From contig NC_010296.1 in the NCBI RefSeq assembly GCF_000010625.1, positions 3,060,001-3,092,000 on the forward strand: a DNA stretch of 32,000 nucleotides, in the 5' to 3' direction. The stretch's first letter is position 1; each line of letters begins with the position of its first letter. The notes beneath the pieces were generated by a model. It was not told the DNA's origin and did not search any database. It saw only the letters and a program-made list of their open reading frames with translations. Shown one piece after another: positions 1 to 8,506 of this stretch. The DNA is from Microcystis aeruginosa NIES-843 (lineage in GTDB: Bacteria > Cyanobacteriota > Cyanobacteriia > Cyanobacteriales > Microcystaceae). The position numbers were made by a program, and so were the translations under genes.

Positions 1-529
1 AGTTTTCCAGGAAGGCCGCGTCGCTTTAGCTAATGCCCCTGGTACGGGAGTCGCCGATGATAAGGTTATTTATGCTTTTGTCCCCGATATGATTCGTTAT
101 TATCTGGGAGAAGAAGCGATTTTAAATAACGTTCCTACCTATCTTTGTTGGCGAGAAAAGGACTTAGATTATGTCTTAAATAATCTCGATAAGTTAGTTG
201 TGAAAGCCGCTAATGAGTCGGGAGGTTATGGGATGTTAGTCGGTTCTCAAGCTACCCCCGAACAAAGGGCAGAATTCGCCCCACGCATTGCTGCTAATCC
301 CCGCAATTATATCGCTCAACCGGTGTTAAGTCTTTCTAGAGTTCCCACTTTAATTGACACGGAAGTTGAAGGTCGTCATGTGGATTTACGTCCCTATATT
401 CTCCATCGGGGTGATGAAATTTATGTGCATCCCGGGGGGTTAACTCGCGTGGCTTTGAAAAAGGGTTCTTTAGTGGTTAATTCTTCTCAAGGTGGTGGCA
501 GTAAAGACACTTGGGTTTTAACCAAGTAA
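1..529 (+). CDS. circularly permuted type-2 ATP-grasp protein, C-terminal part (5' end upstream of window)
   Basis: The frame of ORF 89..529 stays open back to base 2 ([38 protein letters not shown]...), so the listed ORF is the tail of a longer [11 protein letters not shown] and NESGGYGM motifs, plus the alpha-E and transglutaminase genes that follow, fit the conserved COG2308/COG2307/COG1305 neighbourhood. Confidence 0.8.
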   Translation, partial: VFQEGRVALANAPGTGVADDKVIYAFVPDMIRYYLGEEAILNNVPTYLCWREKDLDYVLNNLDKLVVKAANESGGYGMLVGSQATPEQRAEFAPRIAANPRNYIAQPVLSLSRVPTLIDTEVEGRHVDLRPYILHRGDEIYVHPGGLTRVALKKGSLVVNSSQGGGSKDTWVLTK

Positions 530-643
530 TCAAGACAATAATCAAAATTTTGCTGGGTTACGGCCAAAATTAAATCATGAGTCGAGTGCATAAATTATTT
601 TCGCCCAATCCACCCTAACCTTTTCACTTTTTCCTGGTTAATT

Positions 644-1645
644 ATGCTTAGTAGAGTTGCCGATTCAATTTATTGGTTAAATCGCTATATTGAACGGGCA
701 GAAAATGTCGCCCGGTTTATGGATGTTAACCTTAATTTAATGTTAGATGTACCTACCAGTGTTTTGCAACAGTGGGAACCTTTGGTTTTAACCACGGGAG
801 ATTTAGAACAATTCAAGAAACGTTACGGCACAGCCACCGCAGAAAATGTGATCAATTTCTTGACATTTGACACGGAATATAGTAGTTCAATTATCTCTTG
901 TTTGCGCTGGGCGCGAGAAAATGCTCGGTCAGTTCGCGAGATTATTTCTTCGGAAATGTGGGAACAGGTTAATGGTTTTTTCTTAATGGTAAAAGATGCT
1001 TCCTCTTACCATCCTCAAACTACTTTACCGAACTTTTTTACCCAAGTTAAATTGGCTAGTCACCGTTTTGCAGGGGTGATGGATGCAACGATGACTCATA
1101 ATGAAGGTTGGCATTTTGGCGTTATGGGAAGATTACAGGAACGCGCCGATAAAACCGCCAGAATTCTTGATGTTAAATACTATTATCTCTTGCCTTCCGC
1201 TCAATGGGTAGGAACTTCTCTAGACCAAATTCAATGGATTGCTTTACTGCGGTCGGTGAGTGCCTACGAAATGTATCGTAAATGTCAACGACGGATTACT
1301 CCTAGTGACGTGGCCGAATTTTTAATTCTTAATCGAGAATTTCCTCGTTCAATTCACTTTTGTCTGCGGGAATTAGACCACTGTTTGCATCAAGTTACAG
1401 GGACTCCTATAGGAACTTGGGGGAATTCGGTAGAAAGAAGTTTAGGGCGACTTTGTGCCGAAATGAGTTATCTAACTATCGAGGATGTTATTGAAATGGG
1501 ATTGCATGAATTCCTCGACCATATTCAAAAAAGAGTTAATGATGTGGGAATAAAAATGACAGAAACTTTCTTTGTTTTTAATCCCGAACTTGCCCCACCT
1601 CTGCCAGTAAATAACTTTCAATATCAATCCCAATTAACAACTTAA
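644..1645 (+). CDS. alpha-E domain-containing protein (DUF403/COG2307-like)
   Basis: The N-terminus MLSRVADSIYWLNRYIERAENVARF is the typical alpha-E signature. The 333-aa ORF sits between the ATP-grasp and transglutaminase genes. Its stop overlaps the next start (TAATG at 1643-1647). Confidence 0.85.
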   Translation: MLSRVADSIYWLNRYIERAENVARFMDVNLNLMLDVPTSVLQQWEPLVLTTGDLEQFKKRYGTATAENVINFLTFDTEYSSSIISCLRWARENARSVREIISSEMWEQVNGFFLMVKDASSYHPQTTLPNFFTQVKLASHRFAGVMDATMTHNEGWHFGVMGRLQERADKTARILDVKYYYLLPSAQWVGTSLDQIQWIALLRSVSAYEMYRKCQRRITPSDVAEFLILNREFPRSIHFCLRELDHCLHQVTGTPIGTWGNSVERSLGRLCAEMSYLTIEDVIEMGLHEFLDHIQKRVNDVGIKMTETFFVFNPELAPPLPVNNFQYQSQLTT

Positions 1646-2511
1646 TGCGTTATCACATTCGGCATCAAACCAACTATTTCTATAATCAACCCGTGATTTT
1701 ATCACCCCATCTGCTGCGCTTGCGACCAAAATCCGATGGTGGGCAAACTTTGCGAGAGTTCACACTCAAAATTAACCCAGAACCTTTAACAATAACTAAT
1801 ATTATCGACCTCGATGGCAATTCTTGTTTACAAATTTGGTTTAATCAACCGACGGAAGAATTATTGATTGATGTGGTCAGTGAAGTAGAAACCCATGGGG
1901 TTAATCCTTTTCAGTATTTGTTGGAACCTTGGGCGACCTGTTTACCCTTTGATTATCCCATTTCTCTCCACAGTCAATTACAACCCTACAGACAATTTTA
2001 TGGGTTAGCTAATGACCCCGATGTGGCAGCATTAGCCCAAGAAGTTATGCAGGAAACCGAGGGACAGGTGCTATCTTTCCTGTTTAATCTTAATGACAAA
2101 ATTTACCGCAATTGTCAGCAAATTATTCGTCTTAACGGGGAACCCTATCTACCCGGAAACACTTGGAAAAATAAGCAGGGTTCCTGTCGCGATTTTGTGG
2201 TTTTATTTATGGATGTGTGTCGCTGTGTGGGATTAGCTTCCCGTTTTGTCAGTGGCTATCAAGAAGGAGATTTAGACCAAGGAGAAAGACATTTACACGC
2301 TTGGGTAGAGGTGTACTTGCCGGGGGGCGGCTGGAAAGGCTATGATCCTACCCATGGATTAGCGGTGAGTGACCGTCATATTAGCCTCGTTTCTAGCCCA
2401 ATTCCCCGTTATTGCGCGCCGGTAGAGGGAAATGCTCGACCGGTTAATCTCGGTCATCAAGTGATAGAATCTCAGCTATCATCGACAATTTCCATCGATT
2501 TGTTATCTTGA
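1645..2511 (+). CDS. transglutaminase family protein (N-terminal bacterial TGase domain plus Cys-His-Asp core)
   Basis: Core motifs are present: QGSCRDFVVLF (Cys), HAWVEVYLPGGGW (His) and YDPTHG (Asp). It is translationally coupled to the alpha-E gene. Confidence 0.85.
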   Translation: MRYHIRHQTNYFYNQPVILSPHLLRLRPKSDGGQTLREFTLKINPEPLTITNIIDLDGNSCLQIWFNQPTEELLIDVVSEVETHGVNPFQYLLEPWATCLPFDYPISLHSQLQPYRQFYGLANDPDVAALAQEVMQETEGQVLSFLFNLNDKIYRNCQQIIRLNGEPYLPGNTWKNKQGSCRDFVVLFMDVCRCVGLASRFVSGYQEGDLDQGERHLHAWVEVYLPGGGWKGYDPTHGLAVSDRHISLVSSPIPRYCAPVEGNARPVNLGHQVIESQLSSTISIDLLS

Positions 2512-2577
2512 GGATGATTCTTTATGGCTAAAGGATTTGGCACAGCAACAAAAGGACATTTAGGCTATGTTTTATCT

Positions 2578-4000
2578 TGAATGTCGGGGTGAAGACCCTC
2601 GCTTTTAGCGACGGGATGAAACCCCGACCAGTATAAAACAGCGAAGCACGACATTTCGACAGGCTCAATGTAAAAGCTCAATGTTCACTAAAATCTTGAC
2701 AATCCGATGCTCTACAGGTTAACTTAAAATAAGTTGTTTGAGGTCGATAAACAATGATTGTCTTAGAAATGAAAGCCGTGGTTAAACCAAGTCAGTGTTC
2801 TGCCATTGATGAAGCTATTCGTACAGTACAATTCATCCGTAATAAGGCTTTAAGGCTTTGGATGGATGCCAAGAGAGAAGACAAAATCGATAAATATTCT
2901 CTCAATAAATATTGTGCAGTTCTCGCTAAACAGTTCAAGTTTGTCGATACTCTAAATTCTACTGCTAGACAAGCATCGGCCGAACGAGCTTGGTCAGCTA
3001 TTGCTCGTTTCTATGACAATTGTAAGAAAAAGGTTAAAGGTAAAAAGGGTTATCCCAAGTTTCAGAAAAATAATCGTTCTGTGGAATATAAAAACTCCGG
3101 ATGGAAATTATCGGAGGATAGAAAGAAAATCACTTTCACAGATAAGAAAAACATTGGCACGGTTAAACTAAAAGGAACCAGAGACCTAAACTTTTATCCT
3201 ATTGACCAAATTAAACGAGTTAGGATTGTTAAACGAGCAGATGGTTATTATGTCCAATTCTGTCTCAGCGTTGATATTCGGGAATATGCGAAACCGCTAG
3301 AACCGACTAAAAGATGTGTGGGATTGGATGTAGGTTTAAAAGTTTTCTACGCTAATAGTGATGGGGAAACGGTAGAAATACCGCAATACTATCAACCGGC
3401 AGAAAAAAGATTAAACCGACTGAATCGGAAGAAATCTAAAAAGTTTAGAAAAGGTCAACCCCAATCAAACAACTACCAAAAAGCTAGAAAGAGATATGCT
3501 AGAAAGCATTTAAGAGTAAGTAGGCAACGTAAAGGCTTTGTCGAAAAAGAGGCATTGCGCGTCATTAAATCTAACGATTTCATCGCTTACGAAAACTTAA
3601 ATATTCAAGGCATGGTAAAAAACTCTAGACTAGCTAAATCTATCAATGATGTGGCTTGGTCAACTTTCCGACAATGGTTAGAATATTTTGGTTTTAAATA
3701 TGGTAAGGCTACAGTAGCAGTAGCCCCCCATAACACGAGTCAAAATTGCTCTAATTGTGGTCAAAAAGTCCCTAAATCTCTATCTACAAGAACCCATATT
3801 TGTCCTGACTGTGGCTATGTAGAAGATAGAGATATTAACGCCGCTATCAATATTCTCAAAAAGGGACTAAGTACCGTGGGACACACGGAAACTAATACGC
3901 TTGGGGAGAGATTCCCTCTGGTTTGGTTGGATACGTCCTGCCAGATTAAGGAAACTCAGTGAACCAAGAATCCCTCGCTTAAGCGCGATGGGAGTGTCAA
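2578..4000 (+). mobile_element. IS200/IS605-family element carrying only tnpB (IS1341-like); boundaries approximate
   Basis: There is an imperfect subterminal hairpin at 2583-2628 (gtcggggt...accccgac, inner ccctcgcttttagcgacggg). A similar motif lies at the 3' side (ccctcgcttaagcgcgatggg, 3972-3992), followed by gtgTCAA at 3994-4000, like the TCAA right-end cleavage motif of IS608-type elements. No tnpA is present. Confidence 0.55.
2754..3962 (+). CDS. tnpB: IS200/IS605-family RNA-guided endonuclease TnpB (OrfB)
   Basis: RuvC-like residues are in context: GLDVGLK (D), IAYENLNIQGM (E) and DRDINAAINILK (D). A zinc ribbon is present (CSNCG...CPDCG). The 402-aa length is typical. Confidence 0.9.
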   Translation: MIVLEMKAVVKPSQCSAIDEAIRTVQFIRNKALRLWMDAKREDKIDKYSLNKYCAVLAKQFKFVDTLNSTARQASAERAWSAIARFYDNCKKKVKGKKGYPKFQKNNRSVEYKNSGWKLSEDRKKITFTDKKNIGTVKLKGTRDLNFYPIDQIKRVRIVKRADGYYVQFCLSVDIREYAKPLEPTKRCVGLDVGLKVFYANSDGETVEIPQYYQPAEKRLNRLNRKKSKKFRKGQPQSNNYQKARKRYARKHLRVSRQRKGFVEKEALRVIKSNDFIAYENLNIQGMVKNSRLAKSINDVAWSTFRQWLEYFGFKYGKATVAVAPHNTSQNCSNCGQKVPKSLSTRTHICPDCGYVEDRDINAAINILKKGLSTVGHTETNTLGERFPLVWLDTSCQIKETQ

Positions 4001-4020
4001 TGTTGTGTCCTACTGCTAAT
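3850..4020 (+). ncRNA. candidate omegaRNA (reRNA) of the tnpB element: scaffold over the tnpB 3' end and right end, guide about 4001-4020
   Basis: By analogy with characterised TnpB systems, the scaffold overlaps the tnpB 3' end and the guide is the flank just outside the right end. The block tgaaccaagaatccc...gggagtgtcaa recurs at 7853-7890 on the minus strand. The extent has not been verified. Confidence 0.4.
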
Positions 4021-4025
4021 ACCTA

Positions 4026-4250
4026 GGGTCTGCTGAAAAAGTTTTTCCTGGGGGTAGGAGTCAGGAGTCAGGAGTCAGTAGCCAGTCGTTTCAGGCTTTG
4101 TTGCCCTTGTTTTTTGTACCAAGCGATGTACTACAAGAAGGATAATGCAAGGTTTTTGAAAGTCCCAATCCTATTTTCTTGCACTAACATCGGACTTTAA
4201 CAGGTCAAAAGCCTTATTTTAAAAGGGTTTTACCATTATTCAGCAAGCCC
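4026..4250. mobile_element. MITE-like insertion (about 225 bp) with TA target duplication
   Basis: Terminal inverted repeats are gggtctgctgaa (4026-4037) and ttcagcaagccc (4239-4250), matching 10 of 12. They are flanked by TA at 4024-4025 and 4251-4252, an IS630/mariner-like pattern. The element carries a GGAGTCA heptamer tract. Removing it restores an open frame. Confidence 0.5.
4057..4087. repeat. STRR-type heptanucleotide tandem repeat (GGAGTCA x3 plus degenerate units)
   Basis: The sequence ggagtcaggagtcaggagtcagtagccagtcg can be read directly. An inverted counterpart lies at 8436-8470. Confidence 0.8.
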
Positions 4251-4407
4251 TACCTATGCGGCTAATTATAGTTTAGATGGGGAAGGAGACAAGTTTATTG
4301 GGGTTACTAATAGGTTAGAAATGGCGCAAGTTTGGACTAAAAAAAAGTGCGACAAGTCGATGCTATAGCCCTAACTAGGACTGCGCTAAAGCGCAACTAC
4401 AAACCTA

Positions 4408-5580
4408 TCAGAAGCCTAATGTTTTCAAAATTATCGGTAAGGCTGTTTGACAGGCTTGGGCAAGTTTGCTGGCAGGTTCCAAAGCTTTAGCAATTGTTTC
4501 GAGAAAATTAACCGCTCGTTGGGCTTTCTTTTGCAGTCCGGCATCATCAGGATTTTGACTAGCTTGGGCAATCTTTTTCACTTGATTGGCGGCTTCGGCT
4601 TTTTCTTCTTCATCTAAATGGCTGTCAATTTCAATCGCCTGGGTTAGTTCTTGCAGTAAGGCTTTAAGTTGGGCATTTTCTGGGGAAGCATCGGCTGCAA
4701 TTTGGTTAATGGTATTGGTTACATCGCCGATGATTTCGCCGAAATTGACGGCGGAATTATTAATATCGCGGATGGTGATATTTGGAGAACTGTCGTTACT
4801 GTGGCTCATGGCTTTTGCCTCTACATGGATGGGACGGTTGGCGAGGGTTTTGGTAATTTCCATCATATCAACACTTTGTTGGCGATAGATGGCAATTTCT
4901 GTCTCTTTGGCGGTGAGTTGTGCCTTATATTGGGCTTCGATGGCTGCGAGTTGTAGTTGATAATTTTGGTTAAATTCTTGGTGAATTTTCTCTTTATCAG
5001 TATCGGGCGAGACTTGGACTTTTACCACTATCACGCCATCTCCTTTATTGGCAATGCTCTGTATCTGAAGCGGCGTATCTTCATTCTGCACTTGTACTTC
5101 TTTTAAGGCGGCGATGAAAGCTTTCCAATCTACCCCATTGCGGAAAATGAGGTCAACAGTGTCGAACATTTCGGCAAATAATTTAGTAAATTCGCCGGGT
5201 TGAAATTCGCCACTACTGGGGCGGAGCTCTTTTTGCCCATTAAGCAGATAAATGTACTGGCAGTCCACCTCATCCAGTTGGGTGGTGGCATCAATATTCC
5301 AATTTTCCACGCAAGCACCCGTCAGGGTAGCATGGCGCAAATCGGCATTGACGGCGTTGACTTCGGTGAGGTTTGCCCCCGCAAGGTTGGCGTATTGCAA
5401 GCTGGCTTCACTGATATCGGCGAGGCGCAAGTTGGCAGCTTGCAGGTTTGCCCCCTCCAGATATGCCCCCCGTAAATTGGCTTGGGCAAAGTCTTTTCCG
5501 CTTCCGGTGCGGGAATCAATCAGAAATTCCCTAACCCGGGGATTGGCTAATAAGGTATTGCCGGGGCGGGCTAATTCCAA
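4408..5580 (-). CDS. pentapeptide repeat-containing protein with a long C-terminal helical/coiled-coil region
   Basis: The N-terminal half carries A(N/D)LxG-type pentapeptide repeats (ANLRGAYLEGANLQAANLRLADISEASLQYANLAGANLTE...). The C-terminal half is helical and low in complexity. The start is TTG, 4 codons after an in-frame stop, and no ATG is available, so the 5' end is uncertain. Confidence 0.75.
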   Translation of the reverse strand: MELARPGNTLLANPRVREFLIDSRTGSGKDFAQANLRGAYLEGANLQAANLRLADISEASLQYANLAGANLTEVNAVNADLRHATLTGACVENWNIDATTQLDEVDCQYIYLLNGQKELRPSSGEFQPGEFTKLFAEMFDTVDLIFRNGVDWKAFIAALKEVQVQNEDTPLQIQSIANKGDGVIVVKVQVSPDTDKEKIHQEFNQNYQLQLAAIEAQYKAQLTAKETEIAIYRQQSVDMMEITKTLANRPIHVEAKAMSHSNDSSPNITIRDINNSAVNFGEIIGDVTNTINQIAADASPENAQLKALLQELTQAIEIDSHLDEEEKAEAANQVKKIAQASQNPDDAGLQKKAQRAVNFLETIAKALEPASKLAQACQTALPIILKTLGF

Positions 5581-5633
5581 TTTAATTGCTTGTTTAAAAA
5601 TTGTTTTATTAGACCTCTTGCATAATTTTTTTA

Positions 5634-5642
5634 TGGTATAAT
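5634..5642 (+). promoter_or_regulatory. extended -10-like promoter element (TGgTATAAT) inside the putative IS left end
   Basis: The sequence tggtataat lies about 110 nt upstream of the transposase ATG at 5752 and faces it. This rests on sequence pattern only. Confidence 0.3.
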
Positions 5643-5751
5643 ATAAGGTTTTGCTTTTTTCTCAATTCTTAGATTGAAGTGGAAAAAAGAATAAAATGTG
5701 ATCTTAGGTCAGGAAATCATCTATAATTTTGCTATGTTTATTAGCAAAATT

Positions 5752-6591
5752 ATGGATTATCAAAACTGATCAGATGAACAATTCAAACGCCGTTTCGGTG
5801 TGTATAAACAAACCTATAGAAAGATGGTAGAATCAGTAAAAAGTGTTGAAGCCGACTCTAATTCACCATCTAAAAGGGGACCGAAACCTAAACTATCTAT
5901 AGAAGAACAAGTTTTAGTAACGTTAGAATATTGGCGAGAATATAGAACATATTTTCACATTGGTACAAGCTGGGAACTATCAGAATCAACTATATGTCGG
6001 ATTGTAAATAAGACGGAAAAAATGCTTTTACAATCGGGAAACTTCCGTTTAAAAGGAAAAAAAGCTTTACTCAATCAAGCAGAGATACCGGTCATAACGG
6101 TAATGGATGTAACGGAAACTCCCATTGAACGCCCCCAAAAGAAACAGAAAGATTTTTTGGGGGGTAAAAGAGGTTATCATACTTTAAAATCCCAATTAGT
6201 AGCTGATCAAAATACAAAGGAAATTATCTGTGTCTTTTGTGGGAAAGGTAGAGGTCATGATTTTAGTTTATTTAAAAAAAGTCGAGTTCGTTTTCATCCT
6301 TTAACTACCAGCATAGAAGACAGTGGTTATCAGGGAATAGCTGCATACCATAGTAATAGTTATACACCGAAAAAGAAATCGAAAAATAGAAAATTAACAG
6401 AGTTAGAAAAAGAGTATAACAAGGCTTTAGCCAAAGAAAGGATTATCATTGAACCTATAAATAGGAAACTCAAAATCTTTAAAATCTTATCCTGTAAATA
6501 TCGGAATCGTCGTCGAAGATATAGTTTAAGAGTTAACTTGTTGGCGGCTATTTATAACTGTGAGTTAGGGATAGGTATAGCAGCTTCTTAA
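5752..6591 (+). pseudogene. IS5-family DDE transposase with an in-frame TGA at codon 6
   Basis: ATG 5752 reads MDYQN, then TGA (5767-5769), then SDEQFKRRFGVYKQTYRKMVE... in the same frame, which is a typical N-terminal HTH region for this transposase type. The listed ORF (5800..6591) starts at an internal GTG. DDE context is present: VMDVTETPIERP, GHDFSLFK, ERIIIEPINRKLK. Confidence 0.7.
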
Positions 6592-6760
6592 AAGTTGCCT
6601 AAAGATTAATCAAGTCAAGGAGAATTTATTCTCAATTTTTATAATTGAGATAGTTTGTGCCGCTTAAATAAAGAGGTTTTGATAACCAAATTAAAGCAGC
6701 TCTAAAGAGTTTTGAGTTAAAAGTTAAACTTCAAGTTTTCATTCAGGACAAATGTACTGA

Positions 6761-6790
6761 TTAACTAATTTTTTGGGGAAAATTAGTTAA
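6761..6790 (-). terminator. 12-bp perfect AT-rich hairpin 20 nt downstream of the pentapeptide membrane gene (possible terminator)
   Basis: ttaactaatttt (6761-6772) pairs with aaaattagttaa (6779-6790). No clear U-tract follows on the minus strand, so a terminator role is uncertain. Confidence 0.25.
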
Positions 6791-6810
6791 CCCATCATTA
6801 TAACATATAA

Positions 6811-7779
<969 letters not shown>

Positions 7780-7852
7780 CGCCTACGAAATTGCCATACT
7801 ATGCCCTCAATCTTACTACAATTTAGAAAGCGGGTTTCCTGAGAGAATCCGA

Positions 7853-7900
7853 TTGATACTCCCACCCCAGTGCTTCGGGATTCTTGGTTCAACGAGTCCA
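7853..7900 (-). mobile_element. orphan IS200/IS605 right-end / omegaRNA-scaffold-like remnant
   Basis: The minus strand reads ttgaaccaagaatcccgaagcactggggtgggagtatcaa. The tnpB element right end reads gtgaaccaagaatccctcgcttaagcgcgatgggagtgtcaa. Both have the same 15-nt block, the same GGGAGTnTCAA terminus and equivalent hairpin placement. No intact tnpB lies upstream of the remnant. Confidence 0.55.
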
Positions 7901-8175
7901 CGTTCAAAAACCTGGCATTTTTATGGGCAATCGCGTCAGGTTCCACACCTCACGTTCTAGAATATATCTGGATTTCTCCCATAGATATCTAGTACAATAG
8001 CCGAAAACCCTTATCTATCAATGGATACACCCATTAACCTTTCTTAATCTACTCATGTTTAGGGTAATATTTCTTAATAGACGGGGATAGATTATATTTG
8101 CTAGAATTTCCTGACCGTAATTATCCTGTGCAAGAAAAGTAGATTTATTCAACCAGCCCTAGATAGAGAGCCATT

Positions 8176-8267
8176 TAAGTAGGGAGGCACAATTATTTGT
8201 AGGATGGGTTAGCGGTAGCGTAACATGAGCAGGCGTTGGGTTTCATGCTTCAACCCAACCTACGTTC
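8176..8267 (+). repeat. 92-nt palindromic (MITE/REP-like) element, copy A
   Basis: The sequence taagtagggaggcacaattatttgtaggatgggttagcggtagcgtaa...ggcgttgggtttcatgcttcaacccaacctacgttc is nearly identical to 10645-10736. It contains the hairpin gttgggtt/aacccaac and outer complementarity gtaggatgggtt/aacccaacctac. Confidence 0.85.
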
Positions 8268-8325
8268 ATCTTATATTTAATTCCACCCACCCACTTAAGT
8301 AATTTTCTATGGAGAGTTAAATTAT

Positions 8326-8505
8326 AAACCTCTTGCATAATTAATTTTTCAGGGTTCAAAAACGGCAAAAATAAGGATTAAATTGCATAAAATATGTAAA
8401 TAGACCATTTAATGAATTATTATTCATTCTTAATTCTCCTGACTCCTGACTACTGGCTACTGACTCCTAACCCCAACAACAATTTTTGATTTTTACAAGA
8501 GGTCT
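8326..8505. mobile_element. MITE-like element (about 180 bp) ending just before the DUF29 start codon
   Basis: Inverted ends are aaacctcttgcataa (8326-8340) and the reverse complement agacctcttgtaaaa (8491-8505), matching 12 of 15. A possible 3-bp duplication TAT lies at 8323-8325 and 8506-8508. The interior holds an STRR tract at 8436-8470. Confidence 0.45.
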
Positions 8506-8506
8506 T

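Larger units (their letters stand above)
2524..4368 (+). pseudogene. small ORF (reconstructed about 64 aa, MAKGFG...CDKSML) apparently split by the tnpB element and a TA-flanked MITE
   Basis: ATG at 2524 opens MAKGFGTATKGHLGYVLS. The frame beginning at 4001, right after the IS right end, has no start codon and reads CCVLLLIP. After removing the MITE and one TA it continues as TYAANYSLDGEGDKFIGVTNRLEMAQVWTKKKCDKSML to a stop at 4366-4368. The join depends on the unverified left IS boundary. Confidence 0.35.
5611..6679 (+). mobile_element. IS5/Harbinger-like (DDE_Tnp_4-type) insertion sequence; ends tentative
   Basis: Candidate left end is agacctcttgcataa (5611-5625). Candidate right end is the reverse complement aaacctctttattta (6665-6679), matching 10 of 15. 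The left end shares 15 identical nt with the MITE end at 8328-8342. I found no convincing target duplication. Confidence 0.3.

Noticed and set aside
4586-5641. Several 60-130-aa ORFs overlapping the pentapeptide gene on both strands (4586..4888, 4669..4956, 5130..5318, 5200..5475, 5252..5641, 5322..5519)
   Set aside because: They are nested within or antisense to a longer ORF with clear pentapeptide repeats. They have low-complexity, skewed composition and show no independent support.
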